A stretch of 62,392 nucleotides of DNA, filler included, from Choristocarpus tenellus KU-1152 (GCA_964200185.2; 14 parts of 14 records of this genome joined end to end with filler, not necessarily neighbours in it); one strand, 5' to 3'. Numbered from the whole stretch's first letter, positions 37,631 through 52,299 are shown. Notes: generated by a model not told the origin, from the letters alone. Program-made: numbers and translations.

Positions 37631-40600
37631 ACGTGGGGGAGTTGGCGGGTTCATAAGACAGAATTAAAGGCATACAATCACAAAGACCTCCACATAGACC
37701 ATTGTCACGTGTTACACAAGTTGTTAAGTCTGTGAAGTTGTTCGTGCTTAACCTCTACCCAGGATCATGCAGTGTTGGGGATGGTGATTGAGGCCAAAAA
37801 GAGAGTCCCAGGGCTGAATATGATTTAGGTTTTTTTCTTGTCCACAAATACAGCTCCACCCATGGTCAACAGAATCGCCGAACCTCGATACATGTTGCCA
37901 TGGCAGTTCCACCAGTGTAATTGGCGCTAATGCACACCAATATGCAACTCACACTGGGCAATTATAATATGAAAAACACCCTGCTAGCTCCAAGCAGCTG
38001 ATATTCTCCTCCGTCCATCATCATCGTCCTCTCCCTCTTCTCCCTCCATACAAATCGGCGTATCAAGTGTCAACTCCCTTGGCAACGCACTGAGTTGTCC
38101 AACCAGCACAGTGATAGCTCCTGCGTGGCTATGTAGCTACCATGTTACGCACATTGGAAGGGTCAGCAAGTTGGCACGAACGTCAGTATGTCACACGTAG
38201 GATTGGTTTTAAAAGCTCAAGTGTATTGATATATTACTTCAAGAGAAGTCACATAAACAGGTCTGGCTCAGGTATCCGACACTTCTCACCAAGGCATTGC
38301 TGTTGAGAGCTCGACCTCGACTAGCCGCTGCCCGACCTGAGGCACCTTCACTCATCGCCTCTGAAATTTTGAACACCCTTCCACAAACCCAAGCAGATTA
38401 GTGTAATTGGTATGTTTGCGTAGGGATTGTGGCAATACCATGGGTTCATAGCCTCACATTCCTGGAAAATTGTCACTTCGACGCTGATCGATAGCTGGAG
38501 GGGCAAACGGTGGTGTTGCCAATGGAGTAGCATCCCCTATATATAGACAAAACGAGGCAAGATCTCGAAAGTAGTTACCCAACTGCTTTGCCAGATGAGT
38601 CGAATTATCACGAAGTGCTTCTGGTCTGTCACCTTCTTGTTTGTCGGGCAGCCCTGGCAGCCGATCCAATCGCCCTAGCTGTTCCTGTGGCTCCAAGTCG
38701 AAACATAGTTTCTACCCTTCCCTGATCCTCAGAGTTGAATGGATGGGTCAATTCGCAAAACAAGGTCCACACAAGTCGAAGTAAATGAGAGGCACCCAAG
38801 TTTTAGGCGTTCTGTATTTCAAGTCATTTTCCATATTTTGCGATTCACCCTAACCCTATTATGGAGTATCGATAAAGTGGCAAAGTGACTTAAGAGCGTT
38901 GATTCTCTCAAGGTTGAAAATATACGATACAATTCAGAAAAGTCCCGACACACTTTTTTGTACAGAAAGGTCCAATTTTCCGCAATTATCAACGTCCAAC
39001 CCTTCGTCATACCATTCTTTTTCTTGACATGTCACTGAAGGGAAAAAAAACAGTGGGTACTGAGAACTGAGAATCGCTGCCCTTATGAGAATGAGTCCTA
39101 ATAATATTGACTGGATGCACTTGCTAACTATAATTCCGATCCGTCAAACTGTAATGGGATTTCTTCTTGGAAATTATTATTTGCAGAGGTTGCAGACAGT
39201 AATCACCTCAGAAGACTTGAACATAAATGTCACAATAAAACAAAACAAAACAGGTTGTGAGTCGCATCAATTGAGGGAAAGGCGGGTTTTGACCCTATTG
39301 CATTCCAAGTAATATTTCCTACCCCCTGTGCAATGTACTCTTAGTTTATTGCTTTATTATGTATGTGCAAAATAGCTAACGCCGAATTAATATTCCCCCT
39401 TCCACACAAAAAGTGACACCACAATTGAGCAAAGACTATTTCTGTAATAATTGAACAAAATGACATTTTTTCCTCTTTCTCGTGATTCTTAAAATGCAAC
39501 CATGCCTACCTCCCACTTCATATTATGACTCAGTTGTGAGGAAAGGCACTGGAGGTTCTGTCACGTTGTGTTTCTTCAGATACAAATCAAACTAACCGAC
39601 CTTTTTCAGTTAGTTGTGATTTCGGGTATTTTTTTCAGACCAACCTCTCTATCACGTCCTTACTTCGTGATGTGTGTAGTGTTGGCCTCAAGAGATAGAG
39701 AGAAAGAGATGAACAAGGAAAAGATGACTTCATGATCAGTCATCTGCTTGAACCCTAGCTTCAAATACACTCATCAGCTTTACATCATCATTGATTGAAA
39801 GAAAATTGAACTAATTCAAAAGCGTGTTCCTTGTCTCTGACCTAGATATTATAGTAAAATGAAAAGACAAACAACAATTATGATCATACACAACTTCACA
39901 GTTATTCAACTCAACAATAGAAACAGAATTAGTAAATTACATCAAGTTCGTAAAGGCGTTTATGAAACCGCATTATCGGACTTACACTCTGAAACATGCC
40001 CCCTGAGCTAAAGCACTTCTAGCCGTTTCTACGCTACCAATTGTGCAACAGGACAGTGAACGAAAACATATTTGCCGTAGGCGATAGATATGCCGGGATG
40101 ACACTTGACGCTCAGGTTAAAAAAAACTCAAACACCTGTTTCTGTTGAATCACAGGATAAAACATGAAATCCCACAAAATCGAAAACATGGGAATTACAC
40201 AAAATTAACACAACCTAAAAAAAACATGAATAGTCGTAGCCTGAAGTTGCACCCAAAGAAATAAAAAAAAAGAGGATGCCAAAAAATAAATATTTAAAAC
40301 ATATCATAAATCTATCTCATCGTGACCCAAACACAGGGGGTACTTTCTCATGGATAGACTCCCCTCTTAAGAGGGCGATAACCCTTGAATATAGACAAAA
40401 CACAGTAAAAAAATGTAAGAAGAAACTCTTATTCGCGCAAACAAAGGAAAGGATACTGCCTCTAATCACTCTCGCCTTATCATAACCAAACCTGGTACCA
40501 TACTATCCAAAGTCATTCCCACTCAGGTGCTCATTCAACAAATTTTCATTCTCCCGTTGATAATTGATCCTTCCGCAACATCCTTACCCTCCCCTCTTCG

Positions 40601-41580
40601 CCATCCCAAATACGATCTTGTTCATCGGTTCCAGAGACTCAAAATATCTGCAAGTTTGAGGTCAAAGTATCTGTGGGGGGGGGGTGGTTTGTGAGGGGGT
40701 ATCCGTTTCGGTCAAACAACTATTTTTTTTGCTGACATTTCANNNNNNNNNNNNNNNNNNNNNNNNNNNNNNNNNNNNNNNNNNNNTTAATTAATTAANN
40801 NNNNNNNNNNNNNNNNNNNNNNNNNNNNNNNNNNNNNNNNNNAGTTACCCCAGGTTTGCATTTTCATTATGCTGACAATTCTGGAAAATTCAGCTTCTTG
40901 CACAGATATGTATGTTTAGGGACTCGACTCAATCCTGTTGAAAAATCCAAACAATGCAGAAATGGACACCTGTGGTCACTACCAAGGCTCAGGACGAAGC
41001 TACACACTCTATCAAGTTAATTACGTTTGAGGTAGCTACTATACAGGAACCAATTGGTTACCTGTTTCTTTCCTAGAGCTGAATTGATTTTTTTTCCAGG
41101 AAGCAACAACGTTTGAGTTGAAGACTTTCTCAAGTTGGGATAGTTTTTCAGGTAGTTTGAGTTGAGTTTAGATCAACGGATATATGGAGATATCAAGCAT
41201 ATTGACAAGTAAAACTGTAGAAGTCGTTGTAGTATATTTGGAGTCAAAAGCAGTCATGTTGCATCTGTGCCTTTCTTTGTGCGTAACTGACATTTATGAC
41301 TGTCGATAGAGACACCCCTTCTCGTCTAGCTGTAGTTATTCCAGTTTTGGGTAAACTTTATGGAGGGGACGGTTGACCCAGAATGCGATACGTATTTGTC
41401 CTGTCTGGTAGACCCCTGACCTACGATGCTTTCATTATTTGTTCAGAATTCCCGGTTGCCCACTTTCAAGGTCAAATTCATTCATAAACCCTATAGGCGC
41501 ATGAGTACCTTTCCCTAGAAAATCAAAATTTGCACTGGCAGGCACAAATCCAGTCCATTCCTTGTACTTAGCCAAAAGCG

Positions 41581-41623
41581 TCAAAAACGGACGCCGGCGC
41601 CCCCCCCCCAGATACGTTGACCC
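41581..41623 (-). mobile_element. GGGTC-type TIR end (third AAAGTATCT-related subfamily)
   Basis: The reverse complement GGGTCAACGTATCTGGGGGGGGGGCGCCGGCGTCCGTTTTTGA matches 51768-51811. Related ends occur at 12319, 40660 and 51270. Confidence 0.7.
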
Positions 41624-43949
41624 AAAGTCATCCCTACTACCTAACCAAAGCCCCACCTGAGCCTTTCCTCTTGGTGCTGCTGGAGGACCATAGTACATTG
41701 CCAACCCAACCTGAACCGACATGATCTATAAATAAGATGCAAAATGCATTGGGCCGCCCTTCATACGTTAAGATATATACGCGATATTGGGTTTTCATCA
41801 TACTATACACACGTTTATACACTTCCAGACTGGGGACAGCACCACATTTTTCCAGCGCACTTTATGACGCATGCACCCGTACTTTCTTGCCTATACACCG
41901 CTAATGTGTGCGAGTCACCCTGAAGAGCCACCAGAATATAATTTGCCCTTCTCTCTTTCCTTTTGTTCTGTCCAGCATCTCGTGCATTGCGCCATATTGC
42001 TTGATGCACACAGCGCATTATATACCACGTACTCTACACGTTACATCAACTTTCAATGTTATATGTGCTTCCATATGTATACACAGCCAAAAAAGGATAT
42101 TACTTTTTTCCCCAGCAAGGAATTTTCTTCTCTCGCTCATAGCATGTGACAGGAGCCAGTGAGGGCATGGGTCTAACGTATGATGCGAGGACAACTGTCA
42201 CAGGAAAGTAAGGCATGTTATCATGTGTGTTCTAATCAGTATGAACTTCGAGTATGCGCACGGAGAGTTCTAAATGGGTGGGTTAGTGTTGTCATAGTTA
42301 TATTGTACAACCTCCAAGTTGGTAGTTAATTAGCATATCCGAATGACCAATATTTAAAATCAGAATGCCCAGGATCATTCAGATTACCCTTGTGAGATAA
42401 ACTTCCGTTCATACATTTGAACAGGAAAATAACTATACACTTGTCAAGACCTAGGCCTGATCTGACATTGTTCTAACTCTCAGGTGTCCATCCATTTAGG
42501 CGTCTCCATCAAGCCTCGTCATTAACCCAGAGGTTTGAGGAATGGAGGTACGTATCCCATCAAGGCTAACTGCTGAGATAACCTGAAAAATGGAGGTCGT
42601 CCCTTGTCTCTTAATACTGGGGAGAAACTCAGCTCACCAAGATTGGACATTTGTGGATCCTTGGGAAATACCAGATTCATCCTCTGCATTTATTGTGGAC
42701 TGCTGCGCCTCTACCCCATTGGGAGGAAAATCGCTTAAATATGGCATCTGTGACTCCAAGAGGGCACCTAGCTTCCCTTTCGAAGAGATGCGATTTTTCA
42801 TTCCGGTGTTGAATGGTTGCTTAGGTAGGATGAGTCATCACTCGAATACTCACTTGCCTGTTCTTTGTTCTCTCCACGTTTTTTTTCTAGCAACATTTCA
42901 GAATTCACTGGCATGTCTCACTCACAGAACAGGCGGGGATCAGGGACTCGAACAGCAACTAGTCAAGTCCTGCCTCCTACCAGGTACCCTCCATTTTGAC
43001 CGCAGCCTTTTCACTTACCCAGAGTAATCTCATAGCCATACGTGTTCACCGACACAAGGTTGGCGACCATAACCTCGACAAGTCCCTTACCCAGGTCGAG
43101 ATTTCAGGCCAATAGACAGCAGGCCAATAGACAGCAAGCCCTGGGACATGGGACAGGCAAGATACTGGCCAACATTGAGGATCGAGAAATGACAAGGAAA
43201 ATATTGACGGCTCATCCTTCTAAGTAATTCCATGTATGTGTGTTATGAGGTCCTCGTGAGTCAGGAGTTGAATCAACTATTATTCTCTGCGCGAGTTTCC
43301 AGGTTTGAACCCCTTCAACGCCAGACTTCTTTTCATGGAAATCTGCTTTCGATGATCCTTTAACACGTGGTAAACACAACGGTTCGTATACGTTTCATAT
43401 CTTGTCTGAGGCCATTTCATCCTTATGTAGATACCCCTTGAAAACGCCAGGCCCAGACTGAGGGAGAATTTATGGCGGGTTCAGCGTAAAAGTCGAGGGG
43501 ATAGATGGATTGACGAGTGCGGGGAGAGCTCAACCCAACGCACGAGAAGGAAGGCAGGGTCGTGGAGGCGGTGCAATTAGTTGTGGGCAACATATTCAGT
43601 TGTTAGTATGTTGCATGAGAAGTAGTGTAGTGTGTGTAACACGATGGGATAACCCCCAGAATAATGTGAATGATAATAATATATATGATTAGTGGTATTG
43701 ATTTATGATTGTAAGAAAGACAATTTTGTACAATAAGGACTCAACTCAGCTGTCGGATTTTGTGTGAACGAGATCACTGCTACCGTGGAATCTCAGAAAA
43801 ATGTTGTGTCAAGGTCCAGATATGTTCCTGTTATTATGTGGGACAAACCATTGTATTCTCGGTTTTGAATGTGATTGAACACAAGATTGTCCATAGCTTA
43901 TTCCTCATGACCAATCACAGAGAAGAAGTAACGCAGTTTTGACTACTTT

Positions 43950-44900
43950 AGTTAAGTGCTTTCAAACCATAACTTGGCTCTCACTAAATCTGGTTGAATT
44001 GCAGATGCTGTTGTAAAGCTCTGAGTGAGATGGTGATTCATGCCTTAGACGAGTTGGTAGGCCTGGTGGCCATGGTCTGACTGGTCCATGTAGAAATAAT
44101 GCACCTTAAATATACAAAACCTCTTGAATAGGCCACTGTCTCAAACCAACCTGCCTCGGTTGCTGGCAAGGATGGAGTGCCTTTCACTGTAAAGGCTGAG
44201 TTTCCCCCTCGCACACCAACATCGCCTTTGGATCAGTCCAAGATGTAACTCTGTGGGCGTGGCCCACTAGACTAGCAGCTCAAGTTTATTGTAGTGATCA
44301 GGACACCGATGCTGGAGTGATGTAATCAATACTGCGTTCAAGGAAACATGCTTTTGCGGCAACAACCACGCAGGCAATGAGAATCCAACAGGTCTACTAC
44401 TGCAAACAGTACCTTCTGGCTCATCTTTACTCTCTTGGAGCAAAACAACCTGTGCTTGTCATTTCTAAGACTCGCTTTGAGAGCAGCCACAAAAATATGC
44501 AGCAGTTTGTGAGCTGAACACTCATGTGACGGAAATGTTTTGGCAACACTCAGTGTGTCGTCTCCCCTTCGTGATATGCCCCAGGCTTACTTCAAGTAGT
44601 ACATGTTGACCTATTAGCCATTGTAGGTACTCCTTTAATGTCTCTGAAGTCAGTCTCATCATCTGTACCTTCCTATTTAATTTGGTTCTATGAGACGCTT
44701 GAAAAGGACTCCAATATCAGTAGCAAACCCGGCCATGTTGAAATTTTATTTCAGCAAGTTAATCTTTGTTCTTCTGTAGTGCCCCATCTTCTAACAATGG
44801 AGGTCTACATACAAGCAAGCGTACACAATCAGATACACCTTCCTACATACCTACTAAGCACGATGACATCTGTCTTTGGAGGATCCTTGCACCATGCATA
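43950..44900 (-). mobile_element. Highly decayed Ty1/copia RT-RNase H relic
   Basis: EYLQWLIGQ (like YQSLIGSL), HIFVAALKASLR (like H..AAKRILRY) and PSLPATEAG (like ALSTTEAEY), in order. Confidence 0.4.
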
Positions 44901-45088
44901 GAAAATTGTACGCCTTCAATCAATCAAAACCAAACTACCTACATACACTATCGACTCCGTAAGCCCTTCACAACAACATGTATAATGTACGTACGTGATA
45001 CGTTTTGGAGTATACTGTAATATTGGTTCTTTTTCCTGCTAGTTGTGCCCAAATAATTCTATTTAATAAGTTGCCAAACATTGCGACA

Positions 45089-45217
45089 GGCTCAAAGTAT
45101 CTGGAGGGGGGTGGCAACTGTCCATTTGGGGCCAATTTTTTCATGTCGCGATTTTGGGTGACTTGATTCCATACGTTGGATGGATAATGAAAGTGTACTT
45201 TTCCTGGTTTTGGTTCA
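45089..45217 (+). mobile_element. MITE family B, 3'-truncated
   Basis: GGCTCAAAGTATCTGGAGGGGGTGGCAACTGTCCATTTGGGG, plus a matching body. Confidence 0.85.
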
Positions 45218-45996
45218 ATTAACAGTGGATTCTCAAAATTGAGGATGGAGCAGGACTATGAGGATGGTTGTTTTGCGAAAACGGTCTTNNNNNNNNNNNN
45301 NNNNNNNNNNNNNNNNNNNNNNNNNNNNNNNNTTAATTAATTAANNNNNNNNNNNNNNNNNNNNNNNNNNNNNNNNNNNNNNNNNNNNTTAACCAATCAA
45401 CCATCCCCTACCTCCACACCTCCAATCACTGCCCTACCCCCCCTCCCTCCCCACCCCCAGTGCCACCTTCCAAACACTGCTTGACTAAAGGGGGTCACTC
45501 TTGCCGGTTTTCTAAGAATATTTAGCCAGGTCTTGAAAGGTCTTGAAAGGAAAGAACCAAAACAGGAACAAGAACAGTTTCAAATTTAGAACGGTTCTCT
45601 CTCGTGACATAAGCAAGGACTCACTTCCCCTGATTCAACTCAACCCTAACCCTAACCCTAACCCTAAACCCAACCAGACATCCACCTAACAACTCCATAG
45701 TTTGGTACAACATGCAGTCAACCCTTGCCATATATCTGCTACCTTCCTCCCCACCTACATCACACCCCCACCAAAAGCCACCACCACAAGAGAGGGTCAA
45801 TCAAGGCTGTGCTCTTAGTCAGTGGGGCAAATGACTATCCACCTCACTACAATACCTCCCCTTCCTACCTCTAACCCCACCCCCACCTCCACACTTTCCC
45901 ACACACACATCCAAGTCGACACTGCCTTGAGTACTCACAGAGTGCCTGCAATAAATTATACTTACTAGTACTATCCCCGATCTATCTTCTACCAAC

Positions 45997-48900
45997 CTTC
46001 CAAATGTGTAGTCTCTTGTAGGGCTCCTCTCCCCTGCTCTCATGGCCTAGGCCTTCATCCAAGCAGAGGCAATGAGCAGCCAATCTCTCCGCTGGACGCA
46101 TGTCTGTACCCAGAATCAGTTCCTCATCCTCAGATTGACTCACAAATGCCTTGATTTTTGCAGCAAGCTGCAGTATGCACCCCGATTGTGTAAATTGGGC
46201 GGCGGCGGCGGGGGGGGGGGGGGAGGGCAGCTGTTACAGCATCACAAGACCAAATGCTAACACAGTCCCAAATACAATGTAATGTTACCTGAAACTGGTC
46301 CGAGGCAAAAGGCAAGGTCAGGCCCAAGCAATTGAAATTCCAAGGTTCGAGAACAAGCCACTACAACACTATAACACTATAACACCACAACATGCTGTCC
46401 TTGGTTGGGTCACACGGTCCAAGTTAGAACAACACGGCACAGTGACATCATCCTTGAACTTACAACTATCACTGTAGATAACTCATAACCATCACTGTAG
46501 ATAACTCGTAACCATCACTGTAGATAACTCATAACTATCACTGTAGATGGAAGTCGCCATCCGTGTTAGTACCAACATAAAAATACCAATGCATTCAATG
46601 GAGATAAGCTCCGGCTTCAACCAAACAAGTTACGTAAACGTTACAACCATACTTCAACTGAGGAGACACACCTGGGGAAACCTTGAGTCCATGGGCAATT
46701 CAAGGTTACTTCCATCCGTGGAAACAATGCTGCCCAGCCCTTGTCCCTTGATGTCCCTAGTAACCACCCCGTTAACCCCTTTGGCAATCACACGCTCCAA
46801 AACCAGAGTTCCCTGTCAAGAAACACAGCATCAGAGTCTACATTTCTACAATAGCTTGGGCAATGAAAAAACAATGAAAAAACGAACTCATACATTGACA
46901 CAAAAAAAACGAGCATTTGTTCCCATACACAGGACTTCCCACCCTTTCAATCATTTCAATCAGAGGGTGAAGTCTTGGCACAGGAAGCAATCAAAACAGT
47001 GACAAACGGTGTGAATGATCAAGCTCTACACCACCATCAAACACCATCAAACACCATCAAACACCATCAAACACCATCAAACACCATCAAAAGACAAATG
47101 AAGAGGTCACAGAGAAGTGTGAGCCTTGCAATGCCCCTCCTCTCCCTAACCCGCCTAAAGTCCTCATTCATAAGACCATGCATCTCCAAAACAGACCCAG
47201 AGCAAACAGAGCTGATGAAGTGTATGTGCTGCTACTGCCAGAACCTCATTTTCACGGCATTATCCAAGAGGTTAATAATTGTGCACAACCAAAATTAAGA
47301 GGGGGGTGGGGGGGGGAACAGGGGTGTGACTTGAGCTGGAAGACATGCCATTAGTAACGCCTCCAAACACATAGACCTGCGAACAGAATTTTGACAATGT
47401 ATATGACAGTTTCAACAGTTACACACCATCGTGTCTTGCACCATCACTGCCTGGTGCTTTCAATTTCATGCTTGAAGTCATTCACTCGTACCAAAGGATT
47501 TCAGACACAAAAATCTCTTTTACACTAGAATACCACAGCTCCCACTTAACAAAAACATCCAATTTATACTTTGAGTCAGGGGATAGGTGTTAGTGATAGG
47601 TGTAAGGGATAGGTGTTAGGAATAGGTGTAAGGGATAGGTGTTAGGGATAGGAGTTAGGAATAGGTGTAAGGGATAGGTGTTAGGAATAGGTGTAAGGGA
47701 TAGGTGAGGTTTGAGGGTGATAACGGTCTTAACCAAGGAGTAGAAAACATAGACGACTTCTGCCAATACAATGGTGTCAGATATTAAGCAATTAATTGGA
47801 TGTCAAACATAGAGAGATGATACCCAGTGCCTCAACTCGAAGAGTTAACCATGTACAAAAAAATATATTAAATCTACAATTAAAACAAAAAAAGATATTT
47901 GATTATATTAAAAAGTCGAACCATGTACAAGTAGAATTTTTAATCTACCATAAAAAAAATGTACTCCACAAAAATAAAAAGTTGGATACCGTACAACTAA
48001 AAGTTTCATCTAGTGGTAAAAAAAAAACAATGCACTCGATTCAATAAAAAACACACACACATAAATATTTATGTATATGTATATATATATAGATAATAAA
48101 TAGTAATAAATAAAAAATTGAATACCACTGCAAGCAGATTGCAAAGTAAAGAAACCAAACGCAGAAAAAAATTAAATAATAATAAATAACCCATCACATA
48201 TTACATGTCAATTTTCAGTTTACATCTATATCCCAATTAGATCAAATTGTAGTGATGTCAGTCTTTCACAATGTCGGTGATGTCATTGTCTGTAAAACAA
48301 AAAACTGGGGATTCACTCAGTGGCTGCAACTGCTGCCCTGGTTGTTCAGTAGTATTTCGATAATCCCTCTCTTCAGCACAAGGTCAAACATATTTTTCAT
48401 TCTGCGGAGAAGTTTTTGTACTGTGTCAGGAAGGCGTTTGTTCTTGCGACTTTGCAGCAGGCGGTGTGGAATAGGTAGATAGACTGAGTCAGAATTCACT
48501 AAGATCATGGTTCATTCCATAATGGTTCTTTGCAACACCCCCCACAAAAAAGCAATGAGAATTTGAAAAATTACCATCATGTCACATTCTTTCATAGTCT
48601 GCCTGCCACACACACTGTTCAAATTAATGCTGACCAGAGTGAACATTTCAAAAAATCAAGATAGCGCATTGAAGAAGCCTATGTGGTTTTCTAGGACTTA
48701 CATACACACACATACAATAAATAAAAATATAAATAAACTGCAGTGATTGTCTTGGTATTAGGATGGAAAGGAGAAATAGAAGAAGTGGGACTCCTTCACC
48801 AGAGACGGGTCCCTTTAAGATACACCAACAATCACACATTGATAATCTATCAGGACCATCAACTGCTGGCAGTATGTTCCTCTACCATTTGTGCAATAGT

Positions 48901-49080
48901 CTTCAAAAAACCTCATTCCTCAAGAGACAGGTTTTACTCTGCATAACCATTCCTGTGTCAAAACCCATCAATAGTCAACAACTCTCATCTCTCCCCTGTC
49001 CCACAGAACCACAAAAACACGTTCACATTTGCTTCTCTCAAAACAATCTATTCATACTTCACACAACTCTCCAATATAAT

Positions 49081-49121
<41 letters not shown>

Positions 49122-49545
49122 TTATTATTGGCGGTGGTAGCAGTAGTAACACGACAACTTCCACAACCAACATAAAAAGAGTCCAAGAATATACTTTTTT
49201 TTTTACTCTTTAGGGTTAGTGTTAGCGTTGGACCTAATTCACTAATAGCAAAAGAGTACTAATTCACCTCATGCTACAAATGAGTCTGTCTCGATGACAA
49301 GATGCTGGCAATGAGGGACAGGTAACAGATGTCTCTCATCGATAATACTCTGTGGGTAACAACCACTCGAAAATCTAGTCCACGCCTTGTCCACTATGAG
49401 CACTAAAACACACCCATATGGAAATATATCGATTCTACTCACCTTGGGAAGGATTTCTACACGCGTGGCCTTGGGCTTTTCCCCCCTGGCAAAGTTTGAT
49501 ATGTTGAATAACGCCTCCGAGCCTTCTTTGAGTTCACTCAAACCC
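45997..49545 (-). CDS. Cold-shock-domain (Unr/CSDE1-like) + R3H RNA-binding protein, three internal exons
   Basis: Exons 49545-49443, 46812-46672 and 46167-45997 are all AG/GT bounded and phase-compatible. Spliced: GLSELKEGSEALFNISNFARGEKPKATRVEILPK|GTLVLERVIAKGVNGVVTRDIKGQGLGSIVS..FPQ|LAAKIKAFVSQSEDEELILGTDMRPAERLAAHCLCLDEGLGHESRGEEPYKRLHIWK (R-x3-H). Confidence 0.8.
46465..46547. repeat. 23-bp minisatellite, about 3.7 copies (intronic)
   Basis: ACYATCACTGTAGATAACTCRTA. Confidence 0.9.
47029..47090. repeat. 10-bp tandem (ACACCATCAA)n
   Basis: About 6 units. Confidence 0.93.
47579..47706. repeat. 13-bp tandem (GGRATAGGTGTWA)n
   Basis: About 10 units. Confidence 0.9.
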
Positions 49546-50207
49546 CTGTCAGACCAGGTCAGCAATGTATGGAAGTGAGGTCAACCTTTTTAACCTTTTT
49601 TTTTTTTTCACAAAATGAACACACCGAGCCTTTGCTGCGAACTAAAAAAAAACAAAAAACACTAGGGTTAAGTTGTACTGATAAAGACCAACACCAATTG
49701 CAAGCTACCATGTTTGATGCTGTTAGAATAATGAATATGTGAATACTAATAGGATCATTGATATGTTAATAGTAGTAGTACAATCAATATGTGAATAAAA
49801 ATAGAATAATTAATACACAAATGCTAATAGAATAATTAATGTGTTAATACTAGTAGTATAATCAGTGTTTAATGCTAATAGAACAATTAATATGTTCATA
49901 CTAATAGTACAATTAATATGGATATCAAGTAGCTAATAGCCACATGCCACGTCTTGTGCTCATGTTCTACCCTGCAATATAAGTCAATATAAGTTCACAT
50001 AAACACAATCCTCAAACACAAAGCAAAACACCATGTGTGGCATTTCCCACTACATGCAAACAGTCCAGTGTGGCCACTTTCTGGAACCTACACGTTTTTC
50101 TAGAAAAATCATGGAACTAAAATACACAGCAGTTACTTTGGCATTGTCTCTTCCCACTGACCATTCTTCTACACTATTGAGGATGAACCCACACTGTAAT
50201 AAAAACG

Positions 50208-50227
50208 TTGTGTGTGAGTGTGTATGT

Positions 50228-50305
<78 letters not shown>
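50208..50305. repeat. (GT)n microsatellite
   Basis: About 48 units. Confidence 0.97.
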
Positions 50306-50309
<4 letters not shown>

Positions 50310-51430
50310 CCATTTCATTACAAAACCTTGCTGGTGATGATGATGTCAACACACAGGGTGGACAATACCCCCAGCAAGAGCTGCCTCTTGATTGAGAACA
50401 AGACCCGGTACCACAAGAGCAAGCAGAAAAAGAGACCAGAGCAGAACAAAGACACTGAAACCTCAAGCACACCGAGTCAACCACCATCCAACCCAAATAC
50501 AAACCCTAACCCTATACCACCATAGCTCCATGAGGCGTTAAACATAAAAAAAATTCAACCCTCCACCATCGCAAAGACAGATCAGGGTTAGCATTCACAC
50601 TGCTGCCTCGTAAAGACAATTATTTCCAAAATATCCAATTGAACAGCACAGACCTCAAGATCGGTTTGGTCCACTATCACCACGACAAAGGTCCAACCCT
50701 GCTACTCATATCCCACATTTCCCCCCTTTGCCAAAGAGAGCCTGAGAGCAAGAGGGTCTAGGGTTAGGGTAATGTCGTTTGAATCAATGAGAGTTCCCCA
50801 CACCTGTCAGGCGAGTAGACCCGAAGAACCTCACCTGTCAGGCGTGTGAAAAAGGAGCTGCAACTTTTATCTTTTTTCATCAACTGCTAGTAACATCGCC
50901 ACAATTGGCACAATGCCTTACAATATCTCCACAAAATTACATCGTGTACTTAGTTAGATAGAGCCCCAAGTGCAATCAATGAAGGCAATTGTGGCTAACC
51001 CTAACCCTAACCCTATCTTACAAACAACATTCGACAACATCCTTCATCCATACACAAACCAAATAAAAATAAAAATCGAGAATCAAAACGGTTAAAAACC
51101 GCGACACTATTACAGATAAAAATAAAATAAAAATCCAACTATTACAGATCAAATCCAAGCACATACACAATAGTGACCTAACCCTTGCGAGGCGTCCGTG
51201 AGGAAGCGCTGAGGACGGAGAGGGATTCGAGAGTGAATCGCTCAGCACACACACACACACACACACACAGGGTCAAAGTATCTGGGGGGGGGGGGGGGGG
51301 GGCGGACGGTTTTTTTACCTCTTTTTTTTTNNNNNNNNNNNNNNNNNNNNNNNNNNNNNNNNNNNNNNNNNNNNTTAATTAATTAANNNNNNNNNNNNNN
51401 NNNNNNNNNNNNNNNNNNNNNNNNNNNNNN

Positions 51431-51492
51431 TGCAACATTGGCTTTTGGCCCCCCAAATGGACGCGGATCTACCCTCTAAGATACTTTGACTC
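51431..51492 (-). mobile_element. MITE family A end at contig start
   Basis: CCCCAAATGGACGCGGATCTACCCTCTAAGATACTTTGACTC. Confidence 0.88.
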
Positions 51493-52299
51493 TGATGACT
51501 GTGATGCTTTTGGGCATTGCTAAAGCAAATCCCCTCTACAACCCTAGCGTTTTTCATCACTCCTCAGGACTGATTAAACACCGACTCACCTCAGCGGTGC
51601 TTACACCTACAGTCAAAACGAGGATCTTGGCGGGAGAGATGCTAATCATGAATACCTCAACCAAAGAAATAGGTAAAGATAAGAGGAGAGAAAGAAAAGG
51701 AAAGAGAAGAATGCAAGTCCAGGGGAGACAGTTCACACTCTAATCTGGACACCATTGAGACCCACCGGGGTCAAAGTATCTGGGGGGGGGGGTGCCGGTG
51801 TCCGTTTTTGACCACTGGTATTCCGTCACTGGTTTGGTTGGCGGTACCCCTAGCGACTCACACAAGCAAGATGGGGTGACAGGAGTCCAACACAGGAACA
51901 GGTTCTTTTGCAGTACAGACTCCCAATAATGTAGTAACTGGTTCGCAGTTCTAGATGAGAGCGATGGTACTGAGGAAGAAAGTTCGCGTTAAGTCCCTCC
52001 AACAGCGCACAGTGGAGAAGATCCTACTGAACTTCACATCCAACTCACTACAGGGCCACATACTGGTGGTCTTCGTATTCAAACCACCTTAAACCCAGCA
52101 TCTATCACTGGACAAATACACTCTGTAAGTAGTCCTCTGTCTAACCACCCATTTGTAGTCAATACTCTGTCGAGGACTTGCCCTCGATCAAGTTTTTTGG
52201 GGTCGGACAAAGACGGTAGACAATGTGCAGGAGTTCCAGACTTGACCTCTGTTTTTTCTCAGTACTGATGTCAGATATGTTCTTTTAGAGATGGTCAAA

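Noticed and set aside
46465-46547. 23-bp repeat as a mini-CRISPR
   Set aside because: It is head-to-tail with no spacers, an intronic minisatellite.
47140-47211. Candidate extra exon (SVCSGSVLEMHGLMNEDFRR) in the CSD-R3H gene
   Set aside because: It is phase-incompatible with the upstream phase-0 donor and would break the ILPK-GT junction.
50033-50525. ORFs with CV/HT dipeptide runs
   Set aside because: They are translations of the (GT)n microsatellite.
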